DNA of 63,367 bases, the filler included, from Octopus bimaculoides (Eukaryota), in assembly GCF_001194135.2 (NCBI RefSeq). It is 5 parts of 5 records of this genome, joined end to end, with 100 filler letters (N's around TTAATTAATTAA, not from the genome) between each part and the next. Parts side by side here need not be neighbours in the genome. Positions count along the whole stretch, not along the records: positions 26,571 to 40,961 come from NC_068987.1; positions 41,062 to 54,571 come from NC_068981.1; 3 more parts are not named here. One strand, written 5' to 3'. Position 1 is the first letter of the stretch; each line of letters opens with the position of its first letter. This document shows positions 38,019 through 49,320 of this stretch, one piece after another. The position numbers and the translations under genes were made by a program. The notes below the pieces were generated by a model. It was not told where the DNA came from. It made no database searches and saw only the letters and a list, made by a program, of their open reading frames with translations.

Positions 38019-38308
38019 CTCCTCCTTCTTCTCTCCTTCCTCTCTCCTTCCTCTTCCTCTCCCTCCTCCTTCTCCCCCTTCTCCTTCTCCCCTTCTCCTT
38101 CTCCCCTTCTCCTTCTCTCCTCCTTCTTCTCCCCTCCTCCTTCTCCCCTCCTCCTTCTCCCCCTCCTTCTCCCCTCCTCCTTCTCCCCTCCTCCTTCTCC
38201 CTTCCTCCTTCTCCCCTCCTCCTTCTCCCCCTCTTTCTCCCCTCCTCCTTCTCCCCTCCCCTTCTCCTCCTTCGCCTCCTCCTACCCTTCTCCGCCTCCT
38301 CCTCTTTT
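38019..38308 (+). repeat. ~290-bp polypyrimidine tract with 14-bp TTCTCCCCTCCTCC units
   Basis: Only three purines seen in the interval. Confidence 0.9.
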
Positions 38309-38331
38309 ATACTCACATCTATACTCTACGT

Positions 38332-38576
38332 TAGTGGTTCTCAACTATTTTCTGCTTATGGAGCTCCAATTTTACTCTATTGGACCCCCCCCCCATGTTA
38401 AAAATAAAATCCTGTTATATTTTGATAATGAAATGTTATTAGGAATTGTATAAAAAATTGTTTAAAATATTTTGCGTATTGTAGAAGATACTTCTACAAT
38501 ATATTGCTGATAAATCTTAATAACAAACTCTTATGTGGACACCAAAGGTTATGTGGATCCCGTTTGCAAACCACTG
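38332..38576. mobile_element. hAT-type MITE
   Basis: Imperfect TIRs TAGTGGTTCTCAAC / GTTTGCAAACCACTG; flanks CTCTACGT / CTTTACAT. Confidence 0.7.
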
Positions 38577-38929
38577 CTTTACATTATATCTATACTGGCA
38601 TTTCAAAGAACTTTATATTCTGAAGCTAACATACAAGCTTTATCCTGATACCGAGTTCTTTTCACAAAAGGGCCAACGACGGAGCCTCTACATACATTAA
38701 ATTATTCATTATTTAATATACATCTCATACTGCAGAACATTCCCTTTATTAGTGCTCCACAAGTGATCACAACAATTTTGGCACTTTACAATAGTATCAC
38801 CCCATCCAGCTGTCTCGAGCAGCTTTGATGTTGTCAAGAAATGCTCAGATTGTTTTAACCCACATCGGAGCTCACCTTTTATTTCCTGTCATCTATGAAG
38901 TTACCTTGCTAGACAATGCAACGCAAAGA

Positions 38930-39229
38930 CCCCCTTACGTCATGAATGACCATGGAATTGCACATAGACAGTTACCATCCGAGGTACAAGTCCGGGCAAG
39001 ATTGTTTATGGAAGACCAGCAGTTACCCGTGCATATCAGCCAGCCCTCTCCACGCCACCCATGTTGGCGGCAGTGACGTTACAACTCATTTCTACAGCTG
39101 AGTGAACTGGTGTAACGTGAAATAAAGTGTCTTGCTCAAGAGCACAACACGCAGCCCGGACCGGGAATCACATTCACTACCTCATGATCGTTAGCCCAAC
39201 GCTCTAACTACTGAGCCATGCGCCTTCAC
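38930..39229 (-). mobile_element. tRNA-headed SINE: head B with a different 3' tail
   Basis: GTGAAGGCGCATGGCTCAGTAGTTAG...CTTGAGCAAGACACTTTATTTCA shared with 15664; 3' part unrelated; left boundary approximate. Confidence 0.7.
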
Positions 39230-39849
39230 CAAACAATATTTATATGATTTAGATACACTGACATACATCATGCCCTCATAGATTACGTGCTTGTATTACA
39301 CTCATGTATTACATACTTATTTTCTCGGGCCACAACAGCTGTTAGAAATATAAACGTATTGCCATTGTGCTTTCTGCTTACAAGATAAGAACTTGACAGC
39401 AGCGTAGATTTGGAACGATAGATCAATTAGTACCAACCATTTGATATTAGATCTTGCCAAGTGTTAGACAATAACACCAATATCAACAACTGTGTGGTAG
39501 CTGTTATCTTTTGCTTGTTTCAGTCATTGGACTACAGCCATGCTAGGGTATCGCCTTATTTTGTTTTTTAAAGCTTGGAATTTAGTCTGTCATTGTCTTC
39601 TGTTTGAACCGCTAGGTTATGAGGATGTAAAAAGACCAACAGCAGTTATCAAACGGTGTGGGGGACACACACAACGATACATACACACACAAATACAATA
39701 CACACACAAATACAATACACACACATGCACACGCAAACAAAATACACATACAAACACAAACATAACCACACACACACACACACACACACACACACNNNNN
39801 NNNNNNNNNNNNNNNNNNNNNNNNNNNNNNNNNNNNNNNNNNNNNNNNN

Positions 39850-39901
<52 letters not shown>

Positions 39902-40480
39902 GCACACATACACACACACACACACATAAATGCGCTCACAAGATTTTGTCCGGCCCGGGGCTATACTAGCAGATACTAAGATACCATGCAGTGAGACTCC
40001 TGCGCCTACGTGTAATATATCGCACGTTTTAGCATAACAATCTGGGTCTGACTCTCTCGCAAGGATAACTAAAAAATTATATGCTGCTTTCTATTGCAAC
40101 AATTTACGAATGGAAGATAATGACTCTAGGCATGGCTGTGTGGTGAGAAGTTTACCTCTCAACTTTGGTTCCCAGCTTCATGGTTCTGGGATCAATCGCA
40201 CTACGTGGCATCTTGGGCGAGTGTTTTCTCGGTCCTATCAAAGCTAAAAAGACACCGATAGCGTAAGTACCAGGTTTAAAGAAGAAAAAAAAAAGGTATT
40301 GGGGTCCATTCGTTCGACAGAAGTTTTTAATGCGGTGCCCAAGTATGGCTGCAGTCTAAATGATTGAAACAAATAGAGGATAAAAGACAGAATATATCAC
40401 CAGGCACCAAACACAGCAACCCTGTAAAAATCATGGACATTGCAGTTCCTTTCTCTTCTATACTTCCACTTCTGTTTCAG

Positions 40481-40531
40481 CAATACCAAAACCGAAATAA
40501 CAATATCATTAACGATAGCACCAGCGACCAT
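40481..40531 (+). CDS. Candidate 51-nt cytoplasmic-tail exon of the IR-like gene
   Basis: Strong pyrimidine tract plus TTTCAG; QYQNRNNNIINDSTSDH; phase 0/0; weak donor CAT|GTATAT. Confidence 0.4.
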
Positions 40532-40624
40532 GTATATTTACTAATACTGTCTTACCGTAATTTAAAACGTGTTTTACTTAAGAATTCTTTCTGATTCTCT
40601 CTGTCTTTATTTATTATTTTCCAG

Positions 40625-40774
40625 TTAGGAAATCCAGCCCTTGGACCAACCACTCACAATGTTTCTGTCATATATGATCGTCCCAGTTACCAACAGAAAG
40701 AATCCAGTAGTTTTTCCAACGGATCAATGTTTACATACGCTAACCCAGCTTTCACTGATTCGGGGTTCAAATGA
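40625..40774 (+). CDS. Candidate terminal coding exon of the IR-like gene
   Basis: Long pyrimidine tract plus CCAG, phase 0; LGNPALGPTTHNVSVIYDRPSYQQKESSSFSNGSMFTYANPAFTDSGFK*; AATAAA 73 nt downstream. Confidence 0.6.
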   Translation, partial: LGNPALGPTTHNVSVIYDRPSYQQKESSSFSNGSMFTYANPAFTDSGFK

Positions 40775-40846
40775 AAATCTTCCCGAAGCAAAAGAAAACA
40801 ATAACAAAAATTAAAAAAAACCCCCAAAACATACAATTAATAGGAA

Positions 40847-40852
40847 AATAAA
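40847..40852 (+). promoter_or_regulatory. Candidate polyadenylation signal AATAAA
   Basis: Follows the candidate stop at 40772-40774; U/GU-rich sequence downstream. Confidence 0.4.
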
Positions 40853-40917
40853 TTATAGCCCCAAACCTAAACTTTGCTCTCCATCCACTTTTCAAGTTTG
40901 TGACTCTTTCTGATTAG

Positions 40918-40961
<44 letters not shown>

Positions 40962-41061
40962 NNNNNNNNNNNNNNNNNNNNNNNNNNNNNNNNNNNNNNN
41001 NNNNNTTAATTAATTAANNNNNNNNNNNNNNNNNNNNNNNNNNNNNNNNNNNNNNNNNNNN

Positions 41062-41975
41062 CACAATATATTCACTGGGTAATATGCAAAAACCTGGACT
41101 TGCCCCATGATAAAAACTGGTGGGAACACAAACCACCCCCAGTACTTGAAAATGATCACATTGCACTCCTCTGGAACTTCACCATTCAAACTGACAGAAA
41201 GATAGACGCAAATAGGCCAGACATGATACTGGAAGACTTCATACAAAAATGATGCCTCCTCATTGATATGACTGTCCCAATCGATATAAACGTATCTGTC
41301 AAGACCTACCAAAAACTGAGCAAATATAAAGATCTTGAAATAGAAATTAGCAAAATGTGGAATCTGAAGACGAAAACAATACCTATTGTCATAGGTGCCC
41401 TGGGAATGACAGCGAAACGGGCTGATTACNNNNNNNNNNNNNNNNNNNNNNNNNNNNNNNNNNNNNNNNNNNNNNNNNNNNNNNNNNNNNNNNNNNNNNN
41501 NNNNNNNNNNNNNNNNNNNNNNNNNNNNNNNNNNNNNNNNNNNNNNNNNNNNNNNNNNNNNNNNNNNNNNNNNNNNNNNNNNNNNNNNNNNNNNNNNNNN
41601 NNNNNNNNNNNNNNNNNNNNNNNNNNNNNNNNNNNNNNNNNNNNNNNNNNNNNNNNNNNNNNNNNNNNNNNNNNNNNNNNNTTACTACCTAGATCAGATT
41701 CCAGGACGCCCCAAAATGGCTGAAGTTCAAAAGATAGTGCTCATGGGAACTGCCCATATCCTACGTAAAATACTGTATATGTGATCTCAAATTGTAAAGC
41801 AAACACACAATTTTCTTATGGTTTCTTAAACATTCACTTGAACAAAACTGTACAAATCCAAATATATGGTACTCTAGGCATAACACCTACATGAACTTCT
41901 AACTTGTTGCCTCTTGAGGTCTCTAGGTGAGACTTGGATCCAACTTGTACAAATGCAAAACAAAAGTCAAACATA

Positions 41976-42032
<57 letters not shown>

Positions 42033-42070
42033 TAATAATAATAAATACTAATAATAAATACTAATAATAA
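41062..42070 (+). mobile_element. 3' end of a non-LTR retrotransposon with restriction-like endonuclease (R4/Dong-like), (AAT)n tail
   Basis: LLWNFTIQTDRKIDANRPD...IDMTVPIDINVSVKTYQKLSKYKDL...PIVIGALG...VQKIVLMGTAHILRK; (AAT)n from ~41979; interrupted by a gap. Confidence 0.85.
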
Positions 42071-42479
42071 ATGCTGATGTATATTTTAGATAATGCTTCC
42101 GGAATATGTCTGCTTTTGAAGATACGTTAAGACAATAGCATTATGCAATAATGAGTATTGCTAAAAGTATATTCTATGTTTCACACATATGCTCGTTTCT
42201 TCGCGTGCGCGTGCATGTGTGTGTAAGTATTTATTTCCTATTTTATTCTATGTGGTTCAGTCAAATATTTCAGAACATATTGGGTGTACGGCTGTTTAAT
42301 GATATGATTTGGAACTCTTCACGAATATGCATATAGAAATATATCAATAGATATATATGCACACACACAACGCAAAAATATATACACATACATGCAGGAA
42401 GTAAATTGATACAATTAATTTTCAAAATCTTTTATTTCATACGCAAAGCGAACAATGAAAATGTAATCGATTGGCAGGA

Positions 42480-43330
42480 CTACATACTTTAGTACTTAGT
42501 TGACATTTAATTTGCAGTTTTTAATTCAGAAACTCTTTTTGGTTTTGAACTGCTGAGCAGTGTGATTGTCTCTTGTAGAATGTCTTTCCACTTTTCATGC
42601 AACAATCGAAACACTTCATGATTAGATTTCGGCTTCTGTCGAGTGTCTTGTATAGCTCTGTCTAGTATGCTCCAAAGATTTTCAATTGGTTCCATGTCAA
42701 GAGATTGGCTCGGCTAAAGAAGCTTTTTAATCCTATTTTCAGTCAGCCATTGTCGATTCATTTTCGCTGTGTGGCATGAAGCCCCATCTTCCATGGATGA
42801 AAGCTCATTTTCCATTAAGTCATTGTGTGCATACATTGGAAGTAGTCATTGCTTAAGGTTTTCGATGTATTTTTCATAGTTTATAGTTCCAAAACATTCG
42901 ATCAGAGCAGGACGTCCATTGCTGGTAATAGCTCCCCATACCATTGCAGAGATTCAAATCAAATTCTTGAGCGAGAAGCCACGAGACGCAACCACGTCCA
43001 CTGTCTGAAAATAATGCAAACCTGGATTCATCTGAGAAAATTACTGTATCCCAAAATGAACTGGATTTTTGTGACATCTCCTTAGGCCATTTCTTTCTTT
43101 TCATGATATTAATTGTTTGAAGTAGAGGATTTCTTCTACCTGTCTTGCAATGTCAGAAGCCTTTGAACGGGGTTCGTTTTGCACAATTCTCTTCAAACAG
43201 CGAAGTTTCCTTTCCGAGGGCCCAGGTCGGCCGAGACGATAATCTGCTGATTCTTTTCCTTAGCTTTTGAATTGCCCTATAATTCTATTAACAGTGGCAA
43301 GAGGAATTTGAAGAGTTTTTGGCAATTTTT
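42480..43330 (-). mobile_element. Degenerate Tc1 (DD34E) transposase
   Basis: WDTVIFSDES, MEDGASCHTAK and PIENLW motifs in order on -; ends not resolved. Confidence 0.8.
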
Positions 43331-44126
43331 CGCTGGGCAAGACCAGTATCAGATTGTCCAACTAAATGATCTCTTTCAACGTCTGATAATTCTGCTATTT
43401 ATTTATTTATTTTTTTTGTTTAGTATGGTTAGTTTTCACAAATGTTTAATTTAATGGCACCTGGAATGAAAAAGAATAATTACATTATAATTTCTACACC
43501 GCTGAAAATATATTAAACGCTTAGAACCGATATTTTCAAAATTAAAGATGTCTATTTACTTCTTGCATGTCTGTGTATGCATATATATATATATATATAT
43601 ATANNNNNNNNNNNNNNNNNNNNNNNNNNNNNNNNNNNNNNNNNNNNNNNNNNNNNNNNNNNNNNNNNNNNNNNNNNNNNNNNNNNNNNNNNNNNNNNNN
43701 NNNNNNNNNNNNNNNNNNNNNNNNNNNNNNNNNNNNNNNNNNNNNNNNNNNNNNNNNNNNNNNNNNNNNNNNNNNNNNNNNNNNNNNNNNNNNNNNNNNN
43801 NNNNNNNNNNNNNNNNNNNNNNNNNNNNNNNNNNNNNNNNNNNNNNNNNNNNNNNNNNNNNNNNNNNNNNNNNNNNNNNNNNNNNNNNNNNNNNNNNNNN
43901 NNNNNNNNNNNNNNNNNNNNNNNNNNNNNNNNNNNNNNNNNNNNNNNNNNNNNNNNNNNNNNNNNNNNNNNNNNNNNNNNNNNNNNNNNNNNNNNNNNNN
44001 NNNNNNNNNNNNNNNNNNNNNNNNNNNNNNNNNNNNNNNNNNNNNNNNNNNNNNNNNNNNNNNNNNNNNNNNNNNNNNNNNNNNNNNNNNNNNNNNNNNN
44101 NNNNNNNNNNNNNNNNNNNNNNNNNN

Positions 44127-44168
<42 letters not shown>

Positions 44169-44902
44169 GTATGTATGTATATATACACATATATATCGGT
44201 GTCTGTATTTATGTATATATCTATATATTCATACAGTATATCTAGATACATATACAGGCATATTTATTTGTATGTATATACATGCACATGTACACGTACA
44301 AGCACACAAAAACAAACACTGACACATATATACTTCAGAAGAAAAATATATTGATTGTTGTGTCTCCATAATAAGCCTAATATTTTTGTTTAGCGGTTGA
44401 TGGTCAGATAGGATCATTGTCTCTAGTTCTTACTGCTATTTGTGTTCTGACATCAATGACTATCATGATTCTCATCCCAAGATCTATCGGATTTTAAATT
44501 GACTTTGCACAACTTCTGAGACGAGGAATATAGAGACTTGCATGAAAGAGCAATTTCAGGTCTTTGATAAAACAATTCCCACAGGCATGCGTGTCTCCAT
44601 CAATAGACAGTCTAAAGATTAAAAAGGCACGCAGACATGCGCGCGCGCGGTTGTGCGGTAGTATGCATGCACACACCGCACCCGCACATATATTTATGTA
44701 TTTATACAAAAATGAAAATGCGTATATCGGCCTAATGGTTTATGAATTTATGAATATATGTATGTATGCATGCATGTATGTATATATATATATATATACA
44801 TATATATGAATTCATAACCATATACATTGATACATGCATACGCATACACATATAAATGTATGTATGTATGTATGTATGGATGGATGGGTGGATGGATGCG
44901 TT

Positions 44903-44943
<41 letters not shown>

Positions 44944-47519
44944 NNNNNNNNNNNNNNNNNNNNNNNNNNNNNNNNNNNNNNNNNNNNNNNNNNNNNNNNN
45001 NNNNNNNNNNNNNNNNNNNNNNNNNNNNNNNNNNNNNNNNNNNNNNNNNNNNNNNNNNNNNNNNNNNNNNNNNNNNNNNNNNNNNNNNNNNNNNNNNNNN
45101 NNNNNNNNNNNNNNNNNNNNNNNNNNNNNNNNNNNNNNNNNNNNNNNNNNNNNNNNNNNNNNNNNNNNNNNNNNNNNNNNNNNNNNNNNNNNNNNNNTAT
45201 ATATTCATAGGTGTGTTTCATACGTTAATAATGTGGGTCTGTATACACATTACATCATATATTCTATTATACTTTTTATACGCATATTTCATATATGTCG
45301 CATTACGACACTCCAATTGTGATGAATTATAACTATCAGCAAAAGATGTATGCCCTTGACTGAAATCTATGATTAACATCCTTTGTCATTCTATACCAAT
45401 AAGCAATAAATGACATCTTCCTTTATCAAATTGGTTACTGATTACAGGCCGAAATATGAATATGGCAACCGTAACGTACTATGTTACCGCGAATTTCCTT
45501 CATAAGCTGTAGATTTTATATCATTATGGGTTGCACACCTCAGTGAATTATGCCTACGTATGATGCTATCAATCGACATTGGAAAATATACTCTAGTATG
45601 GTTTGGAACATGCGTTGAGAGCTAAATACTAATTTAGAATCAGTATCATCTAGCATATACCGCCATACAGCACCGCCCGGAGAGAAAACATCGTCAAACA
45701 CTTGTGTCCAGAATAGTTTGGTATGACAGACTCTAGGTTACGTTCCGTATGATGCTTCCACATCAGCATTTGTCTTTCTAGCTGCTCCTTGCTACAAAAG
45801 GAGATTCTCCACCCCCCTTGTAATGGAGGTAACACCTTGCAGGTTGCTATGAAGAACCTAGTTCTGTATACGGGAATGTTATTTGTTTTTAAGTGCTTCC
45901 GAGAATAGCGCAAAACATATATATCATGGACAATATGTAAGAAGGAATTATAAAAATCTTTAAAATACTTATAAATAAACATAACATAATTTGGTTAGAA
46001 AATTCAGTGAACGGTTGCAGTAAACAAGGAATTACACGAATAGTTTTAGTGATTATCACTTAATTGTCGATCATATAAAAAGATAATCATAACTCTTTCG
46101 TCTAGATTACTCGCTATCTCCTGTGAGATGTGGCGGCAGAACTGAAAGCTATTGAGCCTGATGGTGAAGTAGAAATGATGATAATTAAAAAAAATGAAAG
46201 TCACAGAAAGAGAAAAAGAGTCAACTAAAAGTAACGAGTTTTTTAATACATCGACGTTATTTCTTTAAAGAAAATGGTCAACGTAATGTGACTTCACCTG
46301 AGAAAAAGGGGCCCTAATTATTCCTAAACCGATAACTTCCACTCACCTCCAAGCTCTACGTGAAATTTACTTTAAATATGTTTTCATATATTTAGATATC
46401 ATAAAATGAATTATCTAACAGGTTTTCACATTACATCCTTGCCCAGCCATATATTTTATCTGATTACGTGTTATACCTATCAATACACTACAACGACTAA
46501 CTATTCTATCTCCCAGTTTTTTCTCGCCTCCCTACAAGAATGTCATATCCGAATTTAATAGATATGCAGTTATCTGCATATGACAGTGCATCTATGTTAA
46601 ACTTAAAATCGCTAATTTATTGCATGCAGCTCTTATAATAATCTCCTTGCCAATCATCACTGTAACAGCCAGAAAAAAAATATATTATTTATAGTACTAC
46701 TAAATCTGCTTGCTCCCAAATTCCTACAATAAATTTTACACAATAACTACTCAAAAACCACTTATTTAGTTACTAAAATGTCGTTTATATATCTGCAGCA
46801 TGTACTAAGGGGTCTAATTAAATCTTAAATCGTGTCTTCCAGTAAATCAGTGCGGAAAATGAATGCTCTGAAGGGGTGACAATCACTCACCGATGAAACG
46901 TTTGTAACTTACGTAAATAGCTTGACGACGTATGAAATATACGCGTTAGCCAAAATAGACTTAATTATCTTGGCATTGTTGTTGGTAATTGCAAACAAAT
47001 CAATAATAACAGAAGTGTAATGATGCATGGCGTTTATTGTCAGAACACGGTGGGATATAACGACACGAATCTCATCAAAGTCTCGTTTTAGAGAGGAAGA
47101 TGCATTACATAGGGTTATTTTTTACTAAAACAATTAATAACACGTCTATATGTGTGCGTGTGTGTACGTGTGTGTGACTGTGTGTGAGTGAGTGTGTATG
47201 TGCGTGTGTACGCGTGCATATGTGTGTGGGTACGTATGTGCGTGTGTATGACTATATGTGTGTGTACGAGTGATGGTGTATTTGAGTCTGTTTATACATG
47301 TGTGATTGTCTGTGTGTGGGGACTGTTCTTACTATTTTTATATTCAGTTATAATGAAAACAATTTTAAATAACATCCTGCTTTATCAAAGTTGTTACTGA
47401 TAACAGGCAGAAATATGAATATGGCAACCGTAACGTACTATGTTACCGTGAATTCCCTTCATGAGCTGATTTAGGTGCTAGATTACTGTATACCTGGCCG
47501 AAACTTCGAGGCCATTGTC

Positions 47520-47692
47520 AATAATATTCTTCATTATTTACATTATTTAGATTTGACGGATATTTGTCCTCATCTTTGTTGTTAACACAACGCTTCGGGT
47601 GATATACCCTCCTGCCTTCATCAAGTGTCTCGGGGAAATTTCTAACCTGGGTTCTCATTCCTAAGGTATTTTCGATGTTGTTATTATTATTA

Positions 47693-47741
<49 letters not shown>

Positions 47742-49320
47742 TATCACTGCATGGAATTGAAAACGGAATCTTGGGTTTAGAAGCCCTTGCTCTTAACTAC
47801 TACTCCATATGCCCGTGGACAATTATGGAGTGAATTTTAGGGCTTATAAAATCTAATATTTTCCTATCTTTCCTTAATACCGGTTCCCATATGCTACTCA
47901 TCTACTCGGTCTACTTAGGTGTCATCAACATATCGCAGCCATAGGGTTGGTTTTAGTGGTGTTGATCCTAAAGCGAAATTATCAAAGTATTCCATGTATA
48001 TATTGTCTATCATCGGTGATAATGGTGAACCCATTACTAAACCCTCCTCTTCTCGTTATATATCAGTGTCTATACGGAAGTAGAATGTCAACATTTTCAT
48101 TACGTTTGTTATTGGTATACGAGTGCGTTCTATTATATGGGTGTATGTCACTAGTTTTTCTTGAATCAACATTTGGGACTTTGGTGAACAGACATATCAC
48201 ATCTAGATTCAACATCTGGTTGGATTCAATGGCAGTATACTTCCTCAGTTCTGTGAAGTGGGTGGAATTCTACACGAACGATGTTGATTTTCCTGCTACT
48301 GGATTTGATTATAACCGCAATGAGGTGGCTCAATGGAGGACATGCTGAACTTATACAGCTCACTATAGGTCTTAATTGAATAACATCCTTGTGAATCTTA
48401 GGGAGACCGTACGTGTATGGTAGTTTACTGTGGTGTTGGGTCATCCTTGATCTGTGACAACTTCCTCTGTTTTCACTGATCGGTCTTCATTTGCTTTACT
48501 GTAACTGCCAATTTTTCATAGTAGTCAGACTTGTTCATCGCCACTGTAGCATTTCCCTTGTCAACTGGAAGTATTATGATGGCAGTGTCATTCTCTAGTA
48601 TTTTGATAGCGAAATTTTCTACCTTAGTGATGTTTGGTTTATGAAGTTTTGCTTTTCCTCGTACCTGTCTCACTTTCCATCTTAGTTCATCTCCCTGAGA
48701 TTTTGCTATATTTAATGCTATCTCTTCAATAGGAGCTATTATTTCCAAGTATGGAATGCGCTTGATGGTTGTCGCAAAGTTGAGACATTTGTTCAGTACT
48801 GATTCTTCAAAGCTTTCTACTTACATAAATTACTGCTTTCCCAGGTGGGTGACGGACTTCAATCTTCACTCTCTGACCTTTGAGTTTCATAAACGTCTTA
48901 ATCTGGCGTGTCTTCAGGATTTCAAATTCTTTCCTGTACGACATTTCTAGATTTTCTTGGATTCTCTTTCTATCATAATCTCTGGTAATTTTCCTAAGTA
49001 ATGAAGAAAACCTCTCTTTGATTTTGCTATTTAATTGGTTCTTTTTTCCAACGGTTTTAATGTATCCTCTCACGGACGAGGGCATGTTCTTCCCTTTCCG
49101 CTACTCTTCTAACTTCAGATGAATCCACTGGTGTCATTATATTCAAGCCAGGTGGTATTAGGTTTGAGTCTGTATATCTACACAAGCAAGTTAGATTGTT
49201 TGAAATACGAGCAAATTTTTGCTGGAAGGTATATCAGCTGGAAACGTTGTGTTAACAACAAACAAGATGAGGACAATTATCTGTCAAATGTAAATAATGT
49301 AAACGATGTACATAATTCTT
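47520..49320 (-). mobile_element. Penelope-like element: RT relic with inverted pseudo-LTR ends
   Basis: DKGNATV, YGLPKIHK..LRPIVS, LDVICLFTKVP, MGSPLSP and WLRYVDDT (~47919-47943) on -; 47533-47607 inverted relative to 49228-49305. Confidence 0.85.
47584..47629 (-). ncRNA. Degenerate hammerhead-like motif in the Penelope pseudo-LTR
   Basis: GACAC-TTGATGA-A-GGCAG...CACCC-GAAGC-GTT-GTGTT; stem I GACAC/GTGTT retained, core mutated. Confidence 0.5.

Noticed and set aside
38008-38316. 102-aa Arg/Glu/Gly-rich - strand ORF
   Set aside because: Reverse translation of the pyrimidine tract
46867-46905. CTGAAG-GGTGA...TCACC-GAT-GAAACGTT hammerhead-like string
   Set aside because: G at position 9, three extra nt before GAAA and no stem I; at most a remnant
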